A DNA stretch of 64,000 nt from contig JAQGDQ010000696.1 in the NCBI GenBank assembly GCA_030141605.1, positions 46,951-110,950 on the forward strand. Direction: 5' to 3'. Of this stretch, positions 1 through 12,170 are shown one piece after another (within the stretch, counting starts at the first letter, position 1; the number at the start of each line of letters is the position of its first letter). Source of the stretch: Tubiluchus corallicola. Lineage: Eukaryota > Animalia > Priapulida. The notes beneath the pieces were generated by a model. The model searched no databases. It had not been told where the DNA came from and saw nothing but the letters and a program-made list of their open reading frames with translations. A program made the translations under genes and the position numbers.

Positions 1-1504
1 CTTGAGATGGTCTAACAAAGCTACCATATTTTGGTTCACATTCAAAGTATCTGTTCCCTTTCACACTCCCATCATTCTTCCCTAAAGGTTCATCTAATTT
101 AACTCCAACCCAGTAACCACTTTGAAATTCAGTTCTTCCAACAAACATCACTGTCCCTAATCGCACTGGTTGCTTTGGTACTGTCACTTGACAACGAAAA
201 CCAACTTTTATTTTTTCTGCCAGTGATTTTTCTAACTGTTCAGTGTCTACTAATTTCTGTGCTTGAGCTTCTGGATCAGCAAATCGACCTAACTTGTTTC
301 GTTCTTTAAATGCTCTAACTGAATCAGTCCGCTCTGCATATGCACTGTCTGGAAGTTCATATTTTTCCACCTGCAAAAAGGCAAAGAGAGATAAATTTTA
401 AAACAATAATCTGTTATGTGTACAATAAGTGTGCTACAAGAATAATATTAACATTATTAATAATCTGTTATGTTGTAAAGGCGTGCTATAATAATAATAT
501 TAGGTTGCCAAAATCTGACATATTTGGAAAGATTAAAATATTGCAGTTCGACTACAGTTGAATTAAGTAGACATCATGGAGACCTTATTGAAGTTTATAA
601 AATATTAACTAGAAAAGAAAACATTTTGCCCGAACAATTCTTTAATTTAGTTGTTGTTGATTCTAAAACTAGAGGACATAATTTAAAACTGCTTAAAGAG
701 CAATCACGTCTTGACATTTGTAAATATTCATTTTCTGTGAGAGTTGTGAATGAATGGAATAATCTGCCCGCCATGGTGATTGCTGCACCAACCACAGTGA
801 AGTTTAAATCCTTAATCGACAATTATTTTGCGGAAAAATATGGGGGTTCTATGAGTGTACCCGCTTAACCTCTAATCATGGCAGTATAACGGTAAGTATC
901 ATTAACATTGTTATATTTACGAAAGGTCTTTCGGAGTTCAGCTCTGGTTGGCCACCATACATACAATTGATACTGAGGGGGGTAGAAGATTACACGCCAG
1001 CCTGCTCAAAAACGAATTTAGTTAAGACTTCAATTCTTTTTAATGAACAATGCCAAAAAAAAGGTCACAGCATTCTGTTAAACGTAAATGCTTACGGGTC
1101 AAGTAAATTAAAGGACCTGAAAACAAATTTACCTTTGATAAATCTTCAAATTCTCCAGATGGCAAAGTTGAGTCCTCCACGTGGATTATCATACCATCGT
1201 CTGGTAAATATGATTCTAAAAGCTCATCGTCATTCGCCATATTTTTCACGAATTTACCTTCTTTGCTGCGCAACTGCAATTTCATATTGCATGGCAGCGA
1301 TCCGGTAAGTAATTCTAATTTGCCTTTTAATTCTGCTATACTGATATTTTTATCAAATCGTCTCTCCGAGCCAAAAGAATTCGTAGAACTTGTTACCAAA
1401 ACTTTCACAAAACCTTGCTCCATTGTGGAAACAGACATGTCTAAGATATTTTTAATGCAGTCAATATCGGAAATCTTTGCAGTTTCTGACTCATTCCGGT
1501 ACAT
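1..1504 (-). CDS. TBCB: Tubulin-folding cofactor B (UBL + CAP-Gly); coding exons 1504-1133 and 370-<1, continues beyond left edge
   Basis: Exon 1 gives the ubiquitin-like domain ([23 protein letters not shown]...EFEDLSK) ending at a GT donor at 1132. The CAG acceptor at 371-373 continues in phase 0: [22 protein letters not shown]...[27 protein letters not shown], with the CAP-Gly GKNDG motif. The true start may be a downstream Met (MSVSTM/MEQ). A CAG acceptor at 1536-1538 implies an upstream non-coding exon. Confidence 0.95.
524..868 (+). mobile_element. 3' end fragment of CR1/L2-group non-LTR retrotransposon in the TBCB intron
   Basis: Translation [11 protein letters not shown]...KTRGHNLKL...[21 protein letters not shown] is the characteristic C-terminus of CR1/L2-like ORF2. 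Confidence 0.85.
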
Positions 1505-1600
1505 TGTTTCGTTGTTTCATCGGTGTCCACTCTATCTGGTTAGAGAGCACAAATGAAAATCACCATGTAGGACACAAGTAACGTAATCAATCTTGATGCT

Positions 1601-1975
1601 TTATAAACTGTTTATGACCATTGCTAATTTGACTAAATTTCCAGTGCGACACCTTTTTCTTGTTTCCATTGCTATTTCAACAAATTCCACCAACTGCTTC
1701 GCTATTTGTGGATCTTCTGACTCAATTAGATTTTGGAAATTCACTTCTGTAGTTGGTAACACATTTCTTATCACCGTACATTTGAATAGATGCTCTGTCG
1801 TATCTTCTTCTTTACCACATAGTGAGCACCACAGATCTTCTTCAAACTTACTTCTATAATTACATTTTAGTGGTAGCATACTAAGCTTTAACTCTAAAAC
1901 CATTTTTGTCTACTATGGTGTTAACTCAGTTATATACTGTTTGGGTTCATCTATCATACACTGTCGCCACTTCTT
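1601..1975 (-). mobile_element. Non-LTR retrotransposon C-terminal (CCHC zinc-knuckle) remnant
   Basis: LKLSMLPLKCNYRSK...CSLCGKEEDTTEHLFKC, a C-x2-C...E-H...C motif typical of LINE ORF2 ends. Confidence 0.75.
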
Positions 1976-2129
1976 TCTTATTCAAATAATAAAAAAAATC
2001 AATGAATATTAGAAAAATCTAGAGCAGGCTACAAAATACTTAAAGAAATATATAATGACGACAGGGAAGCAGGAGGAAAGAATAAATTAACATCTTGCAG
2101 ACACATAAAATACATACCACGTAGATCCA

Positions 2130-2730
2130 TGATTTATCTTAAGACTATTAACAATAAAAACATAGAAATAATGTCTGTGTTGGGGACATTACATAACAAA
2201 ACTCAGAATAAGCAACCACGAATAACAAAAGGCAGATATATAAATCAACAAGAAAATGAAAGACAGTGTCCCTTCTGTATCATTAGTAAAGATAGCAAAA
2301 CTCAATAGAGGATGAATATCACTTCTTATTGGAATGCCCTAGCTGCATGTAAAGAAATCAAACAAAAATATGAAAATCCTTTTTAGAATTTCACTTTTTA
2401 AATGGCTCAGTTTTTTCTACATTTTTGGCTATTTAACTCAAATAGTAAGTATGACTTCAACAACTTTGGTAACTTTATCAGCAAATGCATGTAGATAAAA
2501 AAAACTCTCTATACAATATTAAACAATAATGAGGAATGCTGGTCGGACATAACTGGTATTATTTTGTCTAATGTAAAATATTGGCTTTTTATGCTAATGT
2601 TAATTGTGTTTGTACATATTTTTTGTATATATACATGTGTTAACTTATTGAAGTACTTTGTTAGTAATTGTAGCTAAGTCAAAGCTCATTTTGCCAATGT
2701 ATGTAGTTTACTCACATTTTTGCAAATAAA
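2130..2730 (+). mobile_element. Degenerate LINE 3' end
   Basis: Frameshifted ERQCPFC...EDEYHFLLECP motif (about 2260-2340), followed by an AT-rich tail with AATAAA near 2725. Confidence 0.6.
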
Positions 2731-3322
2731 CTAAATTTAATTGAATTGACACCGTGATATTCGGAAATCCGTATTCACTCGAGTTTAAAATAGCAGACCC
2801 TTATACCAGATTCTAACAAATGCCTTAGAGATATCACAAAGGTACCTCTGACATAAAATTTTTTAGTGGGTTATTGTTTGGACTCACATAAAAGTGTTCA
2901 GAAACTGGGTGAACGAGAAGCATACTACGCAGAGTGTTTAAGTAGTAAATTACACTAAAGATCACACTACATTAAACACTAAAGATTACAGTAGCAAATT
3001 AGTAATTCAAAGCACGTTACTTGTCTGCAGAATTATTGTAAAGACAAAAATAGTATCTTGTATGCAGAACACTTAGATGTCATCATGATGTTATAATTAA
3101 TGTAAACACACTAGTCTTATTATGTAATGATATTAACATCATGCATGCAATGTCTTCTATTTCCAATAAACATCTTTCATACCCAGTTTTTTTGGCTTAC
3201 ACAGTGATAGTGTCTACTCCATACATCTGACATCACGAGCCACAATAACATAACAAAACAACAAAAATAAACATTTTAGAACCTTAACTAGTGCACTCAG
3301 TTGGATAACAATTAGTGTGTAG

Positions 3323-3639
3323 TAAGGGTGAGCAATCGTTATCAGAAAACGAATTTGAATCGAATTTGCGACTTTCGAATTCGAATCGAATTCGTATTGA
3401 GTTTGAAAGATTTTCGAACCACTAGTAAAAAGTGGCTTACAATGATCATGATATTGATTTTCTTCTACTAGTTCCACTATTAGTTTGTTAAAAATTTTGT
3501 ACGGAAACTGCAGCTAAATTGTGTTACATGCTGTTTCAATCATTTTAATGATGAAGAATGTATGTGGCTGAAGTGTTGAATTATTCGAATCTATAATTTT
3601 AGGTTCGAATCGAAGTCGAACTTTCAATGCTCATCCCCA
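3323..3639. mobile_element. hAT-type MITE with TCGAA subterminal repeats
   Basis: Termini TAAGGGTGAGCA...TGCTCATCCCCA form an imperfect TIR; many TTCGAA/ATCGAA repeats lie at both ends. The flanks GTGTGTAG / ATATGTAG match 6/8, consistent with an aged 8-bp TSD. Confidence 0.65.
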
Positions 3640-4402
3640 ATATGTAGTGAGTAGTGGTCACATGTTACGCACTTCGTAGTGTATGGCTAAAAACGCAAGC
3701 ACTTCAGGAAATTAGTTAGATTTCCCTTGTTGCTTTTGTAGTCCTGAGGCCGATTGGTTTTCGTTTTTCCGAATTTGGAATTTTGAAGTTTTTTTGGATA
3801 ATAGTTTATTTTCTTCTTTAAGTTGACCTTTGGTTTGCTTGGTGCAATTTCGTATAACGCGATTCATTTAGTCGAGGTTGTAGTTGGTAGAGTGAGGTGA
3901 TAGGTAGGTATATTTTTTAGACTTTGTGTCAAATTGGTATCCGTGGTTCGTTATTCTTTCATTCCCTGCCATTAATTTAATTTTGTTTGCAGGCTATTAC
4001 TATCTCACTAGGTTGTGTTACTGGCCCTGGTCACTGACCCACCCCATTTTACACTTGATCCTCTTGACCAAATTGGCGAGCAACCTGACTTGTTAACCCT
4101 TCTCTTTAAATACGTCTCTAACATGTCCAATTCTGTTTTGGAGAGATTGGTCCTAGTCTCGGTATTAGTATTGTTTGTTGTAGATGGAACTACCGTATTT
4201 TTGTGTAACATTACCAATAGCCAGCACACCAGAACTATGAATTTCATTTTCTCTCCTTTTTTCAGATAGTATTAGTAATTATTTTTAGCTATGAACCAAT
4301 CTTTCACATATATTTGTACTCCTTAGCTTGTTCAATTTCTCCATTATTTACATTCAGTCATTTACCATTACCATTATTGTCGAAGGACAGAGATTAATTA
4401 TA

Positions 4403-4668
4403 ACCAGATGGATTAGTCTAGTGGTAACGCATCCACTTTCCAGCTGGGAGGTCGTGAGTTTGATACAGCAGCCGGGTCATGCCGAAGACTCTAAAGATGG
4501 TACCTGCTGTTGCCATGCGAGATGCATGGTATTTAGGGTAAAAGTGGGGTAATAATAGTCTCTATTATGTAGTTGTAGTTTGTTTACAGCCGGCACAAAA
4601 GCTCTTTGGAGCTTATGTTGATTGTTGATCCAAAAGCTGACTTTAAATAAAGATGATTATTATTATTA
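4403..4668 (+). mobile_element. tRNA-derived SINE (central domain resembles the Meta-SINE domain)
   Basis: A box TAGTCTAGTGG and B box GTTTGATAC, then GGGTCATGCCGAAGACTCTAAAGATGGTACC (similar, from memory, to the MetaSINE core), ending AATAAA...(TTA)n. Confidence 0.7.
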
Positions 4669-4959
4669 AGCATAATTACTTATTAACCTCTCCACTCTTC
4701 CTTGTTTACTTTTTTGAAATAAAAAACCTGTGGTCCCACTGTGATCGTGAAGTGTGGCAAAAAACTTCCTGTTGGCACAGTGGCAACCTAGGATCCATAT
4801 ATTTTTCTGGATTATATTACCAGTGTTTATCAAGGCTAAGCTTGAACTGGGCAGGATTAGAGGCTTGTGTGTCAGGTAGTTTGTTCCACTCATCAATTAC
4901 TCGCATTGAAACGTTTCCTTCCTTCTGCTCCACCTGTTGAACACTGTTCTCTTCTTAAT

Positions 4960-5345
4960 TTTGTAGCAGTTTTTTACTAATCCTTTCATATTTTGTTTTT
5001 TTATCATATTAATTATTGTATACTTTCTTTTTTTATAAGAGAATTCATCATTGAGTTTCTATTTCTCTAAAATCTCCACAACTTTACCATTTTTGCACTG
5101 CCAACTGACAATACATCATCTACGTGTAGCTGTATACCTATAAGTAAGTCAGCGATTATATTGTTATTCAATGAAATACCACATAGTACCTGTCCAATTT
5201 GTGTGCCTTGCTAGATGTTTTCCACTAATTTACTTCCCATAAATCCAGTAGGTGTATCAATTATGGAAAGAGTAATTTAATTTGTACATTGAATGATTAT
5301 GTTAATATTTAACATTAAATTGAGATGTCATGGCCATGCATTTTC
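4960..5345 (-). mobile_element. Degenerate LINE reverse-transcriptase fragment
   Basis: Minus strand reads ...QGTQIGQVLC... and LHVDDVL (decayed RT QG and xxDD motifs) with stops. Confidence 0.5.
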
Positions 5346-5899
5346 GTCAGTTTGATGGTAATTTTCATCCACCATCTTCAGCTGTTTATTGACTCATGCA
5401 TCTATTAAGTCAATTGTGTACCATCCTTGCAGTATGTTGCACCACAGGACACCCTGAGGTGGTACATGAATTAGTGAGGGGATACAAGGCAAGGTTGTAT
5501 TAGCGGTATAGTGCATGGGAATGCCAAAACAAGCACCACCTCGTCCCGGTAGTATGAGTTTATTATTCAAGAATTTTTAGATAATAGTTCCACATCAGGC
5601 TTAGATGTTAAAACCTATTAGATTTTAGTTATTTCCACGTGGGACCGCTGTACTGAAACCTATTTCCAAGGTCATTTTTCAAGTCAAAATTGGGTTTTTG
5701 AAACTTATTAAATTTTAGTTGCATTTCCAAGTTGTAGTTGGATGTTGAAAACCCATTCCCTGATTAGACTTTCACGTTAAAACATATTTAATTAATACTA
5801 AGGCGTCTAACTCCTTATACATCACTGCCCCTTACATAAACTTTGTTGTAATATACTGCCCTCAAAATACACTGTTACAATATAGTGCCACGAATGGGC

Positions 5900-7040
5900 A
5901 CAGACTTTTGATACACTCATTTATGCATGCTTAATTGACTTTTCGAAAGCATTCGATAGAGCTAACATTTTGATCTTGTTTGAGAAGCTTGAAAATTCAA
6001 ACAAAGTACCAATTAAAGCTTTAGCTTTTTTACTTAAACTTTCATATGTGTGAAAGAGTTAGAATTCACCAGAATGTATTACAACAAATGGAGTAAGGTA
6101 GAGAAGTGTTTTATCTGGGATTTTATTCACCCTGTACATCGATGAATGTTAATGAGACTTCGAAGTGCAGCAGTGGAATGTCATCTTTTAAACAAATTTG
6201 TAGGAGCATTAGGTTATGCAAACGATGTAGCACGCTTGCACCAAGTGTAATAAATTTAAAAAAGATCTAAATCTTTGCGCTGAATTTGCAAATAATGACA
6301 TGTTATTTAACATATGAAAATCCAAATGCAATTGTGGTGTAACTTTAAACTCGCATAATCAAGTATCTCATTTAGGCCACCAATTTACATATAATCTGTC
6401 TCAGTCTTCAGACGTAGTAAGGTGCATGCATGATTTCATTAAAGCTATGAATTCATTACTGTGTTTTTTTTTCAAATCTGTGAGTAACAAATGTGTGTTG
6501 CTTAGATTGTTTAATGCTTATTGCTGTGCATTCTATAGCATCTCAGTTTTTAACTTAACTCACAGAAGTGTAAAATTGATGATTGTTGAATATCAAAAGG
6601 TATTGCGTGGCATGCTTAGCATACCATATAACTCACAGTCTAGCATGACGATAACGATTGCCAAACTTCCTTCTTTGAATTTTTGATAACTAAGAGAACA
6701 TTTAAACTGTTGGCATGTATAAGTTCAAAAAGTTCTGTTTTAAAGACACTTTCTTTTAAACATGAATTCTGCTTGTACAACCCTCGGAATGAATAGGATG
6801 TTTATCTCGCAAAATATTTCCAGTCTTAGTGACGCTGCTACTACTAATCATGATATATTTGCTTACGAGCTTTACTGGCTTACTGAAGGGAAAAACCACC
6901 TACCTGGTATTTTGTACGATACAATTCGTCAGATTTTGTATTATATTATAACTAACTAATGTAAATGCTCTTGTAATTTATTACTAATGAATATTTATGA
7001 ATTGCACTATTATAATATGTAATATGTGTGAATAAATCCT
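5900..7040 (+). mobile_element. 5'-truncated, decayed LINE (RT domain to 3' end)
   Basis: YACLIDFSKAFDR (about 5921-5960), NGVR*..VLSGILFTLYIDE, GALGYANDV (YADD-like), and downstream LFNAYCCAFY, with stops and frameshifts. Confidence 0.8.
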
Positions 7041-8999
7041 ACATATATATTATATATTTATTCAGAAATGTGATCAATGTTGATAGATTGCTCTCTTCTC
7101 TGAGCAATCAACTTTGAATCAACTGTGAGCCAAAATGATGGTCAGGAATTAAACCGATTAGCACAGATTTTCCGATAGTTATTTAGAACAAAGTAAAATT
7201 AACTTAAGTCAGTTATAAATTTGTCGTCATTAGATAAACAGCAAACAGGTATGCTCGATGAAGCAATTAATTCCCTTTGAAGCAGAGTCAAGGTGTTCAT
7301 GTAACAGATGTCACAAAGCTAAAATACATTATGCTCACCGATCTCCATGGTCATGTTTGTAAATTGTGGCCGAGCATGCACACATGCTTACCAACATTTG
7401 TTGCTACCAACTGCATCGACTTAAAATCTCCCACATCGCTAGAACAACATCAGTTTAAATCTGGGCATTCAGCTGCATTGTAACTCTAAATCAGTCAGCA
7501 ATCTCAGGATAACATTTATAGGTAGTAACTTGTTAAGTAATCAATTAACTTGCCAATCTTGAGTGTTAACAGCTCATTTGCAGCTCTGCCCACACAAAGT
7601 CTAAAATCTAAGTAAGTTCAATATTAATTTTTGAAGTTTGAAGTTTTTAGCATGTGGTGAACTAATATTCTAAACAGTGCTAATAATGGCAGTATATTAC
7701 CTCCTGAGAAGGAAGAAGATTACCAAATGATGCCTTAAAATGCCCAGAAATAGTAATAAGGTGTATACTGGAATAAATGCATACTTACAGTGGCAGAAGT
7801 GCTAGTTACAGATGACATGAGGAATTCCTGTGAACTAGTTTCTAGTGAATTTTCTTTGGACAGTTGACTAAGCGCTTAATCACAAATTAACCTGATTGGT
7901 TATTACTTATTGCATTATGTGTAAAATTTTGCACACTGTGTTTGCCATTTAATTCTGTAGGACAATAACTTATATCGCAAATTATGTTTAAAACGGTTTA
8001 ATGCTTAATATGATTTTTCATCTCATTGACAATGTTAATTAATGCAAAATTAGATTTTAAATTTAAAACGGTCTTAATTTGCCAATCCTAATTATTTTTT
8101 GATAATTGTATCTACAACTTGATCTGTTTTAGAAAGTGATATTCCTGATTTTGATAAGTGATTGTATTAATTTCATTTTGCGTTTGCTACATTCTATTTA
8201 CAATTTTATAATATTAATTGTTTTATGACATATTTGAGTTACTTGCCTGATGCATTTGTGAGCTCTTTAACATGACAAATTGTTTTATCGGTATTTAATA
8301 TAACCTAAACAAATAGTCAAAAACGTTTTGTGATTGCTTAATATTAAGTTAATACGTTTCCTGTAACATCTGCAAATTTGCAATATTTTTAAACTACTAC
8401 ATGTATATAAATTATATTTTTAAACAGCACTAAGGCTTTTTTATCTTTCATAATTTTAATTATTAGGTTGCCTGTATAGTTTTCTTTCTGAAAAATACTA
8501 AATTTATAATCTTAATAAATTTTTGTATGAATTTGTACAAATCTATAAAATATGCGTTTTATGCACTTTAGTTTGTGTTATACATATAATTCACAGTCTA
8601 ATCTAGTTAAAAACTCCTTAATCTAACATGCAATATCTAAAAAATAAAACGTTTAGCATTAGGTTAATATATGCAAATGTGCTATACTTTTAAATTACTA
8701 TATAAATCTAAATTTTTAAGCAGCGAACAGTCAAGGCTTTTCATGCTGGTACTTTAAGTAATTTTTCTTGTTCGGTTGGCCTTTTTCTCACGAAGTACTC
8801 TCTTGTAAAATCATACTTCACATCTCAATAAATTTTCGTATGAGTTCTGTTAGTGGTTGTAAAAACAGGGTGTATGTATCATAAAATGTGGTGTGGGCTA
8901 TGATAATTATGAGAAGTTAGTGTATGAAATGGGTGGGCTTTTGGGTTTACTCTTCTATAAACCAGTAACGATCTTCCTTATAAATACCACGCAATTGTT

Positions 9000-10400
9000 G
9001 AAGGAAAGATAAAGTTCGTGTGCACGACCTTTTATAAATATCTGACATTGTACAAGTTTACTGTTTTAGTTTTGGAAGTAACCACAGTTGAGGTTTGATT
9101 CGCTACAGTACTGTTTTGTTGTAGTTTTGTCGTAATTTTGAGAATAATACGGAAGTGCTGACTCAAAATCTGCAGCTTACTGTTCGCACGTGTGGAGAAG
9201 CTGTTTTCTGAATGACTCATTGAAAGTTTCATTTGAAACCTGCAGCCGACAACGCCTACTATATTTCCTGGATCGGTTAAATACGCCTGGTCGCTCACCA
9301 GTTCTATAATCTATATGGTCAAGGTTTGGGCGCTTACATGGCAGAAATCATTGCTTCCGTTGCGTAAACAAATTATTAAGACGGCCGTCGTAAAAAACTG
9401 TGCGTCACTAAGCGATTGTTACGTCACTTTGATATTTACCTGCCTTGCGCTGGGGCTGTAATGTAGGGCTTCATTTCCCTGATCGATAATCTGGAGGCGG
9501 CTATATGAACACCTCGTTAACTGCGTGAAGCCAATCGTAACATTACCCACGTATATTATTCACAGTTTGTTAACTGCAAACAAAGTCGGTTAACCGCCGC
9601 CAGAGGGGCTGATACTGCCTTTCCGGTGACCTAGATTCCCATTTTCGTAGAACACACGTGCCGCTTGAATTTCAGCCAGTGACATAATTAGAGAAAATTG
9701 CAAGTAGATTCAGTATTCTCCGTCAATGTACGTTGTTCCTATATTATTGCTCGAGAACTGCTATACGATGTTTGTTTTATAAATTTCAAATTGGCATGTG
9801 GCGTGACTGATCGCTTAAGTAAAGCTTTTATCTCTGATGAACATTCTTGGCTAAGTTCATGAAATTTCCGTTTAAGACTTCTTGCAATCTTTCACTACCG
9901 GTTTGTCCTCCTACTCTTCCGACTAGATCAATTAAATGCCCCCTTGTGATACAGACTAATGTCACCCGCCCACCGACAACCTTTTCTAAATTCGGTAATT
10001 AGATAGTTAGTAATGACATTTTTTATACCTGGCATTCATTGCCCGTGTATGATACGGAAGCTTTGATAAGCTGTTAGCTAGTGCGACTGTAGAAACTGCA
10101 GCAGCCTCGGCTCGAGTTTGAAGCCTGCACTATTTGCAAGCCTGCCTTTGCCCGGGCAGACGATGATTGTATGATGTCAATAGCTGTGCTTACGTCACGC
10201 GCGCATGGGGTATTCCTGCAGCTTACATATAAAGCCTTGCACTACTTCAGGCATCTTGTGATGCGATGTGTGGTTACAGTGTATCTTTCAGTTATAGAAG
10301 ATGGATTGAATCGAATGTGTAGGCAGTTGGTTTATTATGTCGCGTGTGAATTTGTGGCAAGATGTCTAGCGTGTGGGTAAGAACTTAGTTTCAGGGGTAA
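9000..10400 (+). promoter_or_regulatory. Probable promoter/first non-coding exon of the klumpfuss-like gene
   Basis: Locally CpG-richer than its flanks; TATAAATA at about 9033; CRE-like TTACGTCAC/TGCGTCAC sites (about 9402, 9419, 10191); donor-like GG|GTAAGA at about 10377. A candidate non-coding exon lies at about 13682-13783 and an acceptor (TTTCAG) ends at 15205, just before the CDS. Confidence 0.4.
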
Positions 10401-11990
10401 CCACAGTACTCTCTTTTCTTGATGCACGTATGATGATCATCTTAGAAATAGCAGTTTTATGTAATGTAGACTTCCAATTATTGTGAATGTATTTAACTTA
10501 ATATTTCCGAATGAAAAATTTTGAAATAATCTTGAATGTGTTGCCTTAGTTCTCACTAAAGCCATAGAATTTTGATAATTAGATAATTAATTGGAGTTAT
10601 AGCCTATAAGTATAACTCGTGATTTTTATGGTAATTGATCCTAACTGTTTATGATAACTTTTGATGACAACAAGTGTAAATGTAGCTTTCACCCTTAGAA
10701 TGAACTATTAGCTCCAATGACTGGTATAGTACGGTTATCACTAACTATGGTTAACAAAAACTTGAGAGCGTTTAAGGGAAGAGCCCGGTGTTTTAAGTTG
10801 TAACTTATAGGCTTAGCTAATATAATTTTTCTGATTTTGCAAACACGTTCTTCATTATTTATCTTACTATATTTAGTAAACAAACATTAAGAAAAATGGT
10901 TGTTTGTATGTCATGCTGTATGGTACAAAATTATTAATGTGTAATCAGTAAGCGTATTCGTTTAAAAAAATTGTATTGTTCACTTTGCTATTAATTAATA
11001 AAAGGCATGTATTTTTTCAAATTTTCTGAGAGCAGCTGGTGTAATTTAAAAAGGGGCTTCAGGCGTTTATATAGCTTGGGGCCTCACCAAATCTAAATCT
11101 GAAACTGATATTCCCCATACTGTTACATTTTGAATTAGCATTTAACACTGCCAGGTTTGCCTTTTTTATTAATAATAATCTGCTGCTAGAGTTACATCTT
11201 CTAGAGCTATTTCCGTTGTTTTACAAATAAAATCATCAATCAATATGTTTTTTCTCCTCCTCTTTTAAGGTCTTCTACATGTCCCTGTATATATGTTGGT
11301 ACATTCAGCCCTATGTTTACATACCCTAGCTTTATTTTAATCCTGCCATTGTTTGTGATCAGTCCTATATAAGTTTCATTTACTTTTTCTAAAATATGTG
11401 TTATCTTCACAACTATCGTTATATCACCTTTTCTTCATTACAATTATTTATGAATTTTTTGTGCCCCGTTGTTTCTGTTTTAAATAGGCATCTTCCTAAT
11501 TTAAAAATGTTTTATCAAACACATTATCTGTAAATGTTTTTCTTCTAATATGAGACTGACACTTTCTTTTTTTCTTTTTGTACTTCTACAGTTTGCATTA
11601 CCTTTATTTTCACATCCCCTTCGTATTGTTCATACAATATGTTTTCTTTTTTGTTTTTATTCTCTATCTTTTCTGACTTATTTGCATCTTCATTTTTGCA
11701 CCGGGTTTCCTAAAAGCACTTTTGTTGTTTCTAACTTGCTAACTCAGTACATATTATTGTTCCATTCGTTTCTCCTTTTTTCCTGGCCTCTTCTGCATAC
11801 TTTGTTTGATCTATTTTCATCCCATCTTCTTCTGTCCCCTTTATCATCATTCTTGTCTGGTTTTTACTGTTTTTCTCGCGTGTTTAAATTTGCACTTACT
11901 TCATAGAGACAATGTTTTGCATCTCTCTAGGTTCTACAGCCTGTTGTCATTTTGCCAAACCTCTCACATATGTCTGCAGTTTTTCCCATA

Positions 11991-12170
11991 GTAACATTTT
12001 AGCCCTTTTGGTGATATCAACATGTGATATTATTACTTCTGAATTGTTTGCCTTCTCTTCTTTCATATTACCTGTTTTCGCAAAGTAACATTTTAGCCCT
12101 TTTTGGTGATATCAACATGTGATATTGTTACTTCCTGAGTTCTTTGCCTTCTCTTTCATATTACCTGTTT
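11991..12170. repeat. Tandem duplication, two ~90-bp copies
   Basis: GTAACATTTTAGCCCTTTTGGTGATATCAACATGTGATATT...TTTCATATTACCTGTTT occurs at 11991 and again at 12085 with a few differences. Confidence 0.9.

Noticed and set aside
4403-4480. Possible tRNA gene
   Set aside because: Degenerate B box and stems, and it continues into a SINE body and tail.
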